This document shows, piece after piece, positions 9,626 to 19,900 of a stretch of DNA of 54,916 nucleotides (within the stretch, counting starts at the first letter, position 1; each line of letters starts with the position of its first letter). Origin of the DNA: a virus. Taxonomy: Duplodnaviria; Caudoviricetes. The notes under the pieces were generated by a model. The model searched no databases, had not been told where the DNA came from, and saw only the letters and a list, made by a program, of their open reading frames with translations. The position numbers and the translations under genes are program-made. The stretch spans positions 1-54,916 of IMG/VR virus record IMGVR_UViG_3300044580_000572; one strand, 5' to 3'.

Positions 9626-10824
9626 CGACACTCACCCACCTCGCCTCGCGCGTGTTCAACACGCCACTGATGATCGACTCAAAGAAACTCGCGGCGATCC
9701 TGGCGGTGCTTGCCCCGCGCCTGGGGGTGGAGCCCCCCGCCGTGGAGGCGGCGCTTCTCACCGAACAACGCGCGCGGAAGCCATACGCCGTCACTGATGC
9801 CGGCGTGGCGGTGATCGAGGTCGCAGGGAGCCTGGTGAATCGCGCCTCCGGCCTGGAGGCGCAATCCGGGCTGACCTCGTATGAGCAGTTGGGCAACGAG
9901 ATCCTCGACGCCGCGACGGACCCGCAGGTCAAGGGGATCCTGCTGCGCTTTGACAGCTATGGCGGCGAAGCCAACGGCGCCTGGGATGTGGCCGGCCTGA
10001 TCGAGGCAGCCGCACGGATCAAACCGACTTGGGCGTCGGTGGACGACTGGGCCCTGAGTGCCGGGTATCTGCTGGCGTCGGCAACGAACCGCATCTGGGT
10101 GACGCGTACCGGTGGCATCGGCTCGGTAGGCATCATTGCCATGCACCTCGACCAGAGCGGATGGGACGCTGCCAACGGCTTGAAGTACACCACGGTCTTT
10201 GCTGGCGCTCGGAAGAACGACTTCACGCCCCATGAGCCGCTCTCGGATGGCGCCCGCGATGTGCTGGCCACGGAGGTCGACCGGCTCTACGGCATGTTCG
10301 TGGATGCCGTCGCCCGCCGCCGGAGCGTCAACGCCCAGGCCGTCCGCAGCACCGACGCCGGCATCTTCTATGGCGAACAGAGCATCGCTCTTGGCTTCGC
10401 CGATCGCATCGGCACCTTCCGCGAGGCCCTCGCCGATATGACCACGTCTTTGTCGCAATCCAAGTTCACGAAAGGAGACACCAACGTGTCTGAAGCAAAC
10501 CAGGCGGCAACGAGCCCGCCCGCTACCGATCTCGCCGCGACCGTGGCCGAAGCCCGCGAGCAGGGCTACGCCGAAGCCGCAGAGATCGTCGAATTGTGCA
10601 ACATCGCCGGCCGGCCCGCGCTCGCCGGGGATTTCATCGCCCGCCGCCTCGCATTGGCCGACGTCCGCAAGGAACTGCTTACGCTGCGGGCCGAGGCCAA
10701 TCAGGAAGAGATCCGGTCGCACGTCCTGCCGGAGGCCTCGACTGCGGCCAAGCCGAATCTGGACGAAAACCCAGTCGTCAAAGCCTGCGCGGCGCTGGCG
10801 GCTGGCCCGAAAGGAGCAAAGTAA
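9622..10824 (+). CDS. Prohead protease, S49 family (gpC-like), with C-terminal scaffold
   Basis: DSYGGE; SAGYLLAS catalytic Ser; GSVGII. Confidence 0.93.
   Translation: MTTLTHLASRVFNTPLMIDSKKLAAILAVLAPRLGVEPPAVEAALLTEQRARKPYAVTDAGVAVIEVAGSLVNRASGLEAQSGLTSYEQLGNEILDAATDPQVKGILLRFDSYGGEANGAWDVAGLIEAAARIKPTWASVDDWALSAGYLLASATNRIWVTRTGGIGSVGIIAMHLDQSGWDAANGLKYTTVFAGARKNDFTPHEPLSDGARDVLATEVDRLYGMFVDAVARRRSVNAQAVRSTDAGIFYGEQSIALGFADRIGTFREALADMTTSLSQSKFTKGDTNVSEANQAATSPPATDLAATVAEAREQGYAEAAEIVELCNIAGRPALAGDFIARRLALADVRKELLTLRAEANQEEIRSHVLPEASTAAKPNLDENPVVKACAALAAGPKGAK
10486..10824 (+). CDS. Nested scaffolding protein (Nu3-like), in-frame internal start
   Basis: AAAGGAG at 10471-10477 followed by an in-frame GTG at 10486. 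Confidence 0.6.
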   Translation: MSEANQAATSPPATDLAATVAEAREQGYAEAAEIVELCNIAGRPALAGDFIARRLALADVRKELLTLRAEANQEEIRSHVLPEASTAAKPNLDENPVVKACAALAAGPKGAK

Positions 10825-10827
10825 CCC

Positions 10828-11469
10828 ATGCCGGTTCAAGCTGAAACCAACTACCTCGGGGACGTGCTCAAGTACGAAGCCCCGAATCTCTTCTCCCGCG
10901 ACCAGGTGACTCTGACCGCGGGCAACCTGGCCCTTGGTGCTGTTGTGGGGCGCAAGGCACCCGCCGTGACCGTAACCCCCGGCACGAACACGGGCAACGG
11001 TGTCATGGGCACGGTGACTCTCGGTCCCGCCGCCCTGCCGGGCAACTACGTGCTGACCTGCAAGACGAAGGTCACCAACGCCGGCGTCTTCACCGTGGTT
11101 GACCCGCGAGGTCTGCCTCTACCCGACCTGACCGTGGCCGTCGCCTATGCCGGTGATCACATCAACTGCACGCTGGCCGACGGTAGCACGGATTTCGAGG
11201 TCGGCGACACGTTCACGATCGCCGTGTCTGTCGCGAGCGAGATCGGCGAGTTCAATCCCGCCGCGAGCGACGGCCTCCAGTTCGCCGCCGGTGTTTTGGT
11301 CGAGGCGGTCGATGCCAGCGCTGCTCCCAGAGAGACCGTGATCATCGCCCGAGAGGCGATCGTGTCGCGACCAGCGTTGGTCTGGAAGTCCGGAACCACT
11401 GCGCCGCAGAAGGCCGTCGCGATCGCCCAACTGAAAACCCTGGGCATTCTTGTCCGGGAAGGAGCCTGA
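10828..11469 (+). CDS. Head decoration protein (gpD-like) with internal beta-rich insertion
   Basis: LKYEA..FSRDQVT...LGAVVG N-terminus; DG.Q.AAGVL and LGILVR C-terminus; position. Confidence 0.85.
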   Translation: MPVQAETNYLGDVLKYEAPNLFSRDQVTLTAGNLALGAVVGRKAPAVTVTPGTNTGNGVMGTVTLGPAALPGNYVLTCKTKVTNAGVFTVVDPRGLPLPDLTVAVAYAGDHINCTLADGSTDFEVGDTFTIAVSVASEIGEFNPAASDGLQFAAGVLVEAVDASAAPRETVIIAREAIVSRPALVWKSGTTAPQKAVAIAQLKTLGILVREGA

Positions 11470-11472
11470 ACC

Positions 11473-12480
11473 ATGATCCTCAATCCATTCGCAACCGATG
11501 CTTTCAACATGACGGCGCTGACGGCCGCCATCAACAAGATCCCCAACACCTACGGCCGCCTGGAGCAGCTCAACCTGATGACATCCCAGGGCGTCCGCAC
11601 CCGCACCATCATCATCGAGGAGATGAGCGGGGTGCTGAACCTGCTGCCCACTCAGCCGGTGGGGTCGCCCGGCACTGTGGGTACGCAGGGGAAGCGCAAG
11701 GTGCGGTCGTTCGTCATCCCGCACATCCCGCACGACGATGCCGTGCTGCCCGAGGAGGTCCAGGGGATCCGAGCCTTCGGCTCAGAGACCGAGACTGACG
11801 CGCTGGCAAGTCTGCTGGCGTTGAAGCTCCAGAACATGCGCAACAAGCACGCGATCACGCTCGAGTACTTGCGCATGGGGGCTCTCAAGGGCGTGATCCT
11901 GGACGCCGACGGCTCCACACTCTACGACCTGTATAGCGAGTTTGCGATCACGCCGAAGACGGTCAGCTTCGTCCTGGGCACGGCGGGCACCGAAGTGCTG
12001 CTGAAGGTGCTGGAGGTGAAGCGCCATATCGAGGACAACCTCAAGGGCGAGTTCATGACCGGCATCATGTGCCTGTGCTCGCAGGGCTTCTACGATGCCT
12101 TCACCACGCACGCCAAGGTGAAGGAAGCGTTCATGTACTTCCAGCGCAACCAGCAGCTCGGCAACGACTACCGCACCGGCTTCACCTTCGGCGGCATCAC
12201 GTTCGAGGAATACCGGGGCCAGGCGACCGACGCGGCCGGCAATGTGCGCAAGTTCATCGCCGACGACGAAGCTCACTTCTTCCCGATCGGGACGGCGAGC
12301 ACCTTCCGGACCTTCTTCGCGCCGGCGGACTTCAATGAGACGGCCAACACACTGGGCCTGCCGCTCTATGCCAAGCAGGAGCCGCGCAAGTTCGGGCGCG
12401 GTACCGATCTCCATACCCAACAGAATCCGCTGCCCATCTGCCTGCGGCCGGAAGTGCTCGTAAAAGGCACCAAGACGTAG
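11473..12480 (+). CDS. Major capsid protein (lambda gpE family)
   Basis: LTAAINKIPN; PHIPHDD; EYLRMGALKG; FAPADFNETANT.G.P.YAK; NPLPICLRP. Confidence 0.95.
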   Translation: MILNPFATDAFNMTALTAAINKIPNTYGRLEQLNLMTSQGVRTRTIIIEEMSGVLNLLPTQPVGSPGTVGTQGKRKVRSFVIPHIPHDDAVLPEEVQGIRAFGSETETDALASLLALKLQNMRNKHAITLEYLRMGALKGVILDADGSTLYDLYSEFAITPKTVSFVLGTAGTEVLLKVLEVKRHIEDNLKGEFMTGIMCLCSQGFYDAFTTHAKVKEAFMYFQRNQQLGNDYRTGFTFGGITFEEYRGQATDAAGNVRKFIADDEAHFFPIGTASTFRTFFAPADFNETANTLGLPLYAKQEPRKFGRGTDLHTQQNPLPICLRPEVLVKGTKT

Positions 12481-12483
12481 GCC

Positions 12484-12783
12484 ATGTCGTGGGACTCGGC
12501 GATGGGGGCGCTCAATGTGGCCTGTCTGGCCACCTTCGGGCGGGAGCTTACGTACCGTCCTACAGAGGGCTCCCCCCTCACCATCACGGGAATCGTGGAC
12601 ACCGGTTCGCGCCTTGAGGAGACGTCGCCCGGCACCTACGCGGTCTTGTTCCTGCGCTTATCCGACCTTCCGCAGCCTCCCCGGTGCGGAGATGAAGTGG
12701 AGATCGACGGCACCGGCTACAAGGTGTTCGAGGTCGAAGCCGACGCCGCGGGCGGCGTGAAGATCGCGCTCCGGGTCCAGTAA
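12484..12783 (+). CDS. Head-tail connector (gpFII-like)
   Basis: Position after the capsid gene; P..GDEVEIDG..Y motif. Confidence 0.7.
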   Translation: MSWDSAMGALNVACLATFGRELTYRPTEGSPLTITGIVDTGSRLEETSPGTYAVLFLRLSDLPQPPRCGDEVEIDGTGYKVFEVEADAAGGVKIALRVQ

Positions 12784-12789
12784 CCATTC

Positions 12790-13245
12790 ATGGCGAGCGT
12801 CCGCATCTGGCAGAAGAAGCGTCTCGTCCTGGATCATCTGAACTTCCGCCAACACCAGATGTTCAAGATCGGCACTGTGGGCCTGGCCGCGGTTAAGAAC
12901 CGGGTCCAGGCGGTGCTAGGGCCCGAGGATCAACCGGCCAAGCCGCTCACCAAGCGGTACGCGATCCGGAAGACCAAGCTCGGCAAGGGCAACCGAAGGA
13001 ACCTGACCTTCACCGGCGACATGCTGCGCAACCTCTCGCTGCGCACGGTTAGCGAGAAGACGGCGAAGGCCGGCCTGACGTCGCGTAAGGAACGGATCAA
13101 GGCCTGGGCCAACCAGAAGATCGAGCAGTGGCTGGTTTTCTCGCCCAAGAACAGGACTGCTGTGGTTGAGGCCGCCCGGCGCGTGATGCAGGAGGCCGCG
13201 AAGCGTCTCGTACTCGAACGCAGCCTTGGTGGCAAGCAACAATGA
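12790..13245 (+). CDS. Neck / tail-completion protein
   Basis: Basic protein with PLTKRY...L.FTGDML motif; position. Confidence 0.6.
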   Translation: MASVRIWQKKRLVLDHLNFRQHQMFKIGTVGLAAVKNRVQAVLGPEDQPAKPLTKRYAIRKTKLGKGNRRNLTFTGDMLRNLSLRTVSEKTAKAGLTSRKERIKAWANQKIEQWLVFSPKNRTAVVEAARRVMQEAAKRLVLERSLGGKQQ

Positions 13246-13715
13246 TCGATCCTTCCACGCTCATCGACTCACTGGTGACCCTGCTGCGCGACATCCCGGA
13301 TCTGGTCACGGAGGTCGCCGGTGACCCGGAGCGCATCTATGCCTACCACGATGAGTACCCGAAGCGGTCGAGCCTCGCGCTCGCCATTCACCAGATGCCA
13401 GCGCCGTCGATCATGGTCGCCTGGCAGGGGACCGCACCGGGGAACTTCGGCGGCAGCGACGTCTGGAAGCACCAGGTCTCGCTCTTCCTGCGCGCAGGAG
13501 AGACCTTCGACGGCGACCCGCCGACGGCCTACTACCGGCTGTTCCGCCTGATTACGAAGGGCGTCCCCGAAAGCACGGGACTCCCGCTACTCAATTCAAC
13601 GGTTCACTCTTCCTGCTACCCGATGGACGTACCGTCAGTCCAGCGCGCCACGGACGCGGAGGGGCTGGACTATTTCGAAGCGCAGATGTCGTTCACGGAG
13701 ATTGGCGATGAATGA
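13242..13715 (+). CDS. Tail terminator-like protein
   Basis: Acidic ~157 aa protein immediately before the tail tube gene. Confidence 0.55.
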   Translation: MIDPSTLIDSLVTLLRDIPDLVTEVAGDPERIYAYHDEYPKRSSLALAIHQMPAPSIMVAWQGTAPGNFGGSDVWKHQVSLFLRAGETFDGDPPTAYYRLFRLITKGVPESTGLPLLNSTVHSSCYPMDVPSVQRATDAEGLDYFEAQMSFTEIGDE

Positions 13716-13866
13716 ACCCAAAGTGTGGCTCCGCCCGCCCCATGGCCAAGGCGCGCCACAGGAAGTAGAGACCACGCCAGCGGTGCTCGTGCCCTTGATG
13801 GTCGCTGGGTGGAGCCAGTGCGAACCGCCCAAAGCCCAAGCGGAGGTGAAGAATGTCGACGACTAG
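13708..13866 (+). CDS. Small 52-aa tail-region protein absent from the ORF track
   Basis: GGAG RBS at 13697; MNEPKVWLRPPHG...VKNVDD; overlaps both neighbours and fills the gap. Confidence 0.55.
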   Translation: MNEPKVWLRPPHGQGAPQEVETTPAVLVPLMVAGWSQCEPPKAQAEVKNVDD

Positions 13867-14893
13867 ATTGCAGGAGATCCTGATCTGCTTCGGCAAGCAG
13901 AAGCAGACCGACATCGCCACGGCCAACACGGGGGGCCAGATGTGGCAGTTGCGGAAGCTGAACGCCGCGCTCGCCAACCCCAAGCTCAATACTGAGAACG
14001 ACGCGGAAGAATTCGGCAAGGGTCACGAGTTCCCCGTGCAGTCCTTCCAGACGTCCTGGGACGCCGGCGGCACGCTCGAAAAGTACCTCGGCGCGGAGAT
14101 CGGCGCTTGGGCGATGGCCTTCGGGCTGGGCAAGGTGGTGAAGTCCGGATCAACGCCCAACTTCACCTACACCTGCACGCCGCTCTTTCCCGCCAACGGC
14201 GACGCTGCGGAACTGCCTTACTTCTCCTTCGTGGAGCAGATCCGGCCGGGCGCCGGCATGGTGCTCGATCGCATGGCAGTGGGCTGCGTCGTCGAAGGCT
14301 GGACGATCTCGATTGGCAGTGGGCCCGGCCGGGCCAACAGCAAGATCGCGGTGGAGTTCGTCGGCTCCGGCAAGCTCACCGAGCCTTCCGGGATCACGAT
14401 GCCGGCGGCGACCCTGGAGAAGTTGCTGCCGTCTGCTTCGCTCGCCCTCTCGGTCAACGGCGTCAACTACGTCTCGAACAAGAACATCGTCTCGCTGGAG
14501 ACGAGCTGGAAGAACAACATCCGGATGGACGCAGGCTTCTTTCCCGGATCCGGCTTCCAGTCTGCGGGCGATGCCACCAGCGGCGCCATCCGCGGCCGCA
14601 TGGAATTCGGCAACCGGCAGGGCACCCTGCGCTTCACGGCGCGGTTTGAGAACGGCTCGTCGGAGCTCACCAAGCTGAAGAGCCAGACCACCGGGACCGC
14701 CGTCATCGCCCTCACCTACGACGCCAACAACTCGCTGGAGATCACTTGGGAGAAGGTCTCCTTTGCCACGGCGGAGGTCGGCGAGACGGACGGGATCGTC
14801 ACGGTGGCGGTGGAGTGCCTACCGATGTGGGATTCGTCGAACGGCATCATCTCGGCCGTGGCCAAGTGTGGCGTGGACAACATCTGCCAGTAG
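13853..14893 (+). CDS. Major tail tube protein
   Basis: GGAGGT RBS; Ser/Thr/Gly-rich beta protein preceding the chaperones and tape measure. Confidence 0.75.
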   Translation: MSTTRLQEILICFGKQKQTDIATANTGGQMWQLRKLNAALANPKLNTENDAEEFGKGHEFPVQSFQTSWDAGGTLEKYLGAEIGAWAMAFGLGKVVKSGSTPNFTYTCTPLFPANGDAAELPYFSFVEQIRPGAGMVLDRMAVGCVVEGWTISIGSGPGRANSKIAVEFVGSGKLTEPSGITMPAATLEKLLPSASLALSVNGVNYVSNKNIVSLETSWKNNIRMDAGFFPGSGFQSAGDATSGAIRGRMEFGNRQGTLRFTARFENGSSELTKLKSQTTGTAVIALTYDANNSLEITWEKVSFATAEVGETDGIVTVAVECLPMWDSSNGIISAVAKCGVDNICQ

Positions 14894-14904
14894 GAAAGGA
14901 ACCC

Positions 14905-15513
14905 ATGGAACCTGTCGTGTTCGATGCGACCCGTCCGGTCGCCCTGCAGCTCCGCACGCCGGCGGGCGTCAAGACCGTGCGAGTGCGCTTCCCATCAGAT
15001 GAGGATTGGAGCGAGCGCCAGCGCCGCCGAAAGGTGCTGATCAAGCAGTTGGGCCGAGGGACCTCTGAGACAACGGTCCCTTCCAGTGAGGAGGTTGATG
15101 CCGCGCTGCTGGCGAAGATCCGATCAGAGGATGGGCCGGAGGTGGACGCCTTCGAAGCCAGCCGGATCATCGAGCAACTGAGCCAGGCAGAGGTGGACGA
15201 TGTGGTGCAGGCCGGAGACGCCTTCCGGGTCTCTTTGCGCGTCCTGGGAGGCACGGTAACACACCTGCTAAAGACGCCCTCGGCCAAGGACGTCTTCGAC
15301 TACCGACGCGGCTTCGCGCGGGTGCTGGATCTCCCTTACAACCGGCAGGAACTCACCATCAACCTGGCGGTCGCGGGGGCCCTCTACAAGAAGCTGATCG
15401 CGGCAACAGAGGGTTACGCCGGCGAGGCGTCGATCATTCACCAGGCGGTTGCGGTGAAGGCGGCCATCGACGCGCTGGACGCCGCCTTCCAGGAGACCGA
15501 GGACCCAAACTGA
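14905..15513 (+). CDS. Tail assembly chaperone (gpG-like)
   Basis: AAAGGA RBS; position; ends in a slippery heptamer. Confidence 0.75.
   Translation: MEPVVFDATRPVALQLRTPAGVKTVRVRFPSDEDWSERQRRRKVLIKQLGRGTSETTVPSSEEVDAALLAKIRSEDGPEVDAFEASRIIEQLSQAEVDDVVQAGDAFRVSLRVLGGTVTHLLKTPSAKDVFDYRRGFARVLDLPYNRQELTINLAVAGALYKKLIAATEGYAGEASIIHQAVAVKAAIDALDAAFQETEDPN
15504..15510 (+). other. Programmed -1 ribosomal frameshift site C CCA AAC
   Basis: X XXY YYZ heptamer in the correct phase just before the TGA; the -1 frame is open from 15510 to 15854. Confidence 0.8.
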
Positions 15514-15854
15514 TCAGTGGGGAGTGGCCGGAAAGACCCTCCCTGCGGTTCCTGGTTCACTGGGGCCTCCGGCGCGAGGAGTTGTGCGACCCGAGACTGT
15601 GCTGCGACGCGCCAGACGATGGTAGCCGCTGTGACCACTGCCCGCTGGACAAGCTTGACGCTGCGCAAGCCTCGGAGCGCGGGCAGCTCATCCGGCGGGC
15701 GTTGGAGCTTCAGTCGGCGCTGGAGCTTGGGGTACACGTCAGCTTGGAAGAGATCCGGGCCGATGAGTTCTACACCATGCTGATTCTGGAAGAGGAACGC
15801 GATCAGTCAGAGCGCGAACGGCTGCCTGGACCAGCGGGTCACCGGATCGCTTGA
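15510..15854 (+). CDS. gpT-like extension of the G-T fusion (Cys-rich)
   Basis: Open -1 frame LISGEWPERPSLRF...CDPRLCC...CDHCP. Confidence 0.7.
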   Translation: MISGEWPERPSLRFLVHWGLRREELCDPRLCCDAPDDGSRCDHCPLDKLDAAQASERGQLIRRALELQSALELGVHVSLEEIRADEFYTMLILEEERDQSERERLPGPAGHRIA

Positions 15855-16004
15855 GCCAGGCCAACCCGAGCGTAGTCGATCATCGAATTCACGCGCAGTC
15901 ACTCTGTTTACCGGGGGCCCATCATGCGACCTAGTGCGGACTGATCGTGCCCCGAGGTGCGTCCCAGCTTCGTGTCGGCGCCGTGCCTTGACCGCTGGCA
16001 AGCG

Positions 16005-16736
16005 TCACTCCAATTCAGTTGTGCCAGTCTTGGGCGGGTCCGGTCCATCAGGCTTGATCTCCTTCGCGAGGCCTTCAAGTGATTTCCCTATGGTTGCCAG
16101 AGCCTTCTCGATTGCTTGTAGTCGCTCAGGCACTTTCTGTAGCTCGCGATGGGTCATCACGCTCTCCTCATCGAAAACCAGCGATTCCTTAAACTTGCTG
16201 GAGGAGAGCACGAACGGATGTGAATGCCGGTGGCCAGAGGCATCCTCAAAGTGAACGACACCGGTGAAGTCAGGGTGCCCGTGTTTCTTGGCGAAATCGT
16301 GAGATCCGTCCACGAAGAAGGATGCACTTTCACTCGGCAGGAGAACCGGCAGCGGCGCCGTCTCGCATAGATAGGAAGGTGCGGCACCCTCTCGAGTCTC
16401 CAACGGCGTTATCCAATCCAGGTACACGTTGCGGGCAATGCTGTTACCGTAGTTCGTCATGCGCAGCTGCAGGATGCCGTATCGTGAGCGGGCGTCAAAT
16501 GTGGGGTAAGGGAATGCGACGCGCGAATCCTCTTCGAGTTCGACCATCCGTTGGCCTGACCACGTGGCGAGTACAGCCGGTATGACCGCGAGAGCGGCGG
16601 CCAAGACCGCGATGACTTCAGGTCTATAGAGCGTCGGGAATCTGATGACGATGACGACGGAGGTTAGCGAGGCCGCAAAGGCCAGAACCAGCAGCGCTCG
16701 AATGAGTCTACGATTAGACATTGGCGTCTGAGCCAT
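16005..16736 (-). CDS. Antisense moron: two-TM membrane-anchored protein
   Basis: Two hydrophobic helices then a beta-rich domain; lower GC; start ATG 16736 or 16721. Confidence 0.75.
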   Translation of the reverse strand: MAQTPMSNRRLIRALLVLAFAASLTSVVIVIRFPTLYRPEVIAVLAAALAVIPAVLATWSGQRMVELEEDSRVAFPYPTFDARSRYGILQLRMTNYGNSIARNVYLDWITPLETREGAAPSYLCETAPLPVLLPSESASFFVDGSHDFAKKHGHPDFTGVVHFEDASGHRHSHPFVLSSSKFKESLVFDEESVMTHRELQKVPERLQAIEKALATIGKSLEGLAKEIKPDGPDPPKTGTTELE

Positions 16737-16923
16737 TCTCGCATCTAACGCACCGTCCTCGGTACATAGATAGCTGCCCGGCGAGGTGTTCCCCCCCCGA
16801 GACCAATTCATAGTAGGGATGCAGCGTTCGCATGTGATGGCGAGTTCGGACCACCAGGCAGTCACCTAGTCCTGTGAGGCAGCCGGTCGTGGTCAGGAAC
16901 TGGGGCCTCCTAGCACTCTCGTT

Positions 16924-19900
16924 ATGGCTGACAACAAGCTCGAACTCGTCGTCCAGGTAGACGTGGACAGGGCGAACGCATCCATCAAGAGCGTTAACGC
17001 CGGCCTGTCTAGTATGGAACAGACTGCCGCCAAGACCGCGCGCGGAGCCTCTGCAGGCATCGATGGCATGACCGCCAGCATGGTCAAGGGAGCCACTGCA
17101 GGGAATCTGATCGCGGACGCGATTAAGAAGGCGGTTGAGTGGACCAAGAGCTGGACCATCGAGGCGGCCAAGATGGCCGCCCACGAGAGCCGTATGGAGG
17201 CCTCTGGCCGCGCCCTGGCAAAGGCGCACGGCATCGCCGCTGAGGCGTTCGACAGAGCCGTGGAAGCTGTCCGAAAGATCGGCTACCACGGAGAGGAGGC
17301 CGTCCACACCATCGACCGCCTGATCGTCGCCGATCTGGATCTCTCGAAGGCGGAAGGGCTGGCGAAGGTCGCCAAGGACGCCGCCGCCATTGAGGACATT
17401 GCCGCACCAGAGGCGCTCGAGAAGATCCTCCAAGCCATCGAGTTCGGCAACGCCCGCGCGCTCCGGTCAGCGGGCCTAGTAGTGAATTTCGAGCGGGAGA
17501 TCACGACGCAAGAGCTGCTGTTGGGCCGAGCGCTTTCCGACAACGAGAAGGTCCAGGCTCGCTACAACGCCGTCATGAAGGCGGCGGCCGCCATCCAAGG
17601 TGCCCACGCCGGTGCCGTTGGGGAAGCGGAGATGCAGATGAAGGCGCTCGACCGGGAGGTGCACGAACTGCGGGAGGCGGTCGGCGTGCAGTTCCAAGAC
17701 CAGTTCAGGGGAGTCATTGGTCTCCTTCGCGATCTGGTCGGGTTCCTGAAGGACAACGCGAGCTGGCTTGCTAAGTTCGGCGAGGCCGCATTGTATGTGT
17801 CCGCGGCCCTGGCCACGGCGGCTCTCGTTGGCAAGATCAAGGGCATTACGGTCGCCGTCGAGGGACTCACCACTGCGCTCGCGGCGAATCCCTGGGCGTT
17901 GATGCTGACCGGCATTGCCGCCGGCGGGGCAATCATCTACAAGACCTGGAAAGACACCCAGGCGGGACTGCAGCAGCGCTGGGAACAGGGCAAGAGCAGC
18001 ATGCTCCGCCAGAACCTGTTCAGCGGCAAGACCAGCGTGGATGCTCTCCGCAAGCAGGGCATGACGGACGACCAGATCCGGGAACTGGTCTCGGGCCGGC
18101 GCGCGTTGCCTGGGGAAGGATTCGAATACACGGGGCCGAAGCTGAACCTGGACACTGGTCCGGACCTGGAGGCGCTGAAGCTGGCCGCGGAGATTCGCAA
18201 GCGCCAGGCTGAGGTGGAACGGGAATCCCGGCAAGCCGCGCTCGGCGCTCGTGTCAAGGAGCAGTTGGGCTTCGCCAAGGACATGGCGGAGGTGAATGCG
18301 CAGATCCAGAAGTGGAGCACGTTCACCGACGAGAAAGGCACGGAGCACCAGATCGCGCTGACCAAGGTGGCCTGGATGAACGTGTTGGATCAACTGCAGG
18401 CGCGGTGGGAGGTCTACAAGCGCAACCTGCTCGACCAGAACAAGGAGTACCTGGCGGACTACCTGAAGGACGAGGAGGAAGCCGCCAAGCGACGCATGGA
18501 GTTCGATGCGCAGGTTTACCAGCGCAAGCTCCAGTACGACGTGGAGTGGGCGCAGCAGGCGATGGAGCGGACTAAGGAACTGCTGTCGCTGAGTGAGCAG
18601 CAGGCCGGAGGCGAGCGCGACGCGCGCCTGCGCGCTCTGGAGGCGACGGGCGCACAGACACTCGAGCAGAAAGTCGCCATCGAGCAGCAGAAGGCCCAGA
18701 TCGAAGTGGACTACATCGAGCGGGTCCACGAAATCAAGATGCGCTTTTTCGATATCGAGACAGCGATGCAGGCGGCCGACTACGAGCTGGAGATGAGGCG
18801 GCTGGGGTACCAGGCCGATGTCATCGGGCAGCGCCTCGCGGACTACGCGCAGCAACGCAACGAGATCCGCCAGATGCAACAGGGCTCCACGGAGGAGGCT
18901 GTGCGTGCGGCCAGGGAGAACGCCGCGATCCGGCAAAGCCAGCTGATCCGCGACGAGCAGCACCAGATCTTCGACTCGCTGAAGCAGCAAGCTGGCGGCG
19001 TCTTTGATGCGCTTCTTCAGAAGTCCCAGTCGGTGTGGTCGGCCATCGGCAACTCACTCAAGACGGCATTGCTGACCGCCATCAAGGACGTCGTCTCCTC
19101 GCGGGTGGCCGCCATGCTTATGCAGTTGTTCAGTGGCAGTCCGGTGTCCTTCGCCTCGGGCGGGACAGGTGGCGGCATGGGCCGGCTGGGCGGCCTGCTG
19201 GGTTTGGGCGCCGCGCCGGTATTCGGCAGTGTCGGGGTGGGGCTGCCAGGGATTATGCCGGGGATGGCAGGGTCGACGGGCATAACCGGCGCCGGTGGGA
19301 CCGGAAGCCTGCTCAGCCGGGCTGGATGGGGAGCCCAATGGAGCGGGATAAAGGGCGCGTTGACGAACCTTGGGAATCTGGGCAGGCCAATCGGTGTGGG
19401 GTCCTCGTATGCAGGGCCGGGCTATGGCGGTATAACCGGTGGCGCGATGCTGCTGGGCGGTGGCCTGCTAGCGCTGGCCGGCGTGCAGCGTGGTGGGTGG
19501 TCCGGGCTCGGCATGACGACGGCGGGCGGCGCGCTCATTGGCGCGAAGTTCGGCGGCCCGATGGGTGCAGCCATCGGCGGCCTCATTGGGCTCGGCGCTG
19601 GCATCGTTGGTCTCTTCCGCAAGTCCGCAGAGCAGAAGGTCCGCGAGAAGGTCAGAGCGACCTACGGCGTCGACATCAGCGACAAAGGCATCCTGCAGCA
19701 GATCGTCGGGATGGCCAAGCAGAGTTTCGGGGGCAACCTGGACGTGGCCATTCAATCGCAGCAGGTCCGCGAGCTGGTGGAACTGTACGCCATGAGCACG
19801 GGCCAGAAGCCGATCGGAATGCCGGCCGCAATGACACCGTTGTCCTTGGTCCAGACGGGCGGCTCGCTCTTCCAGTCCCCGTCGTACAACAATGGCAGCC

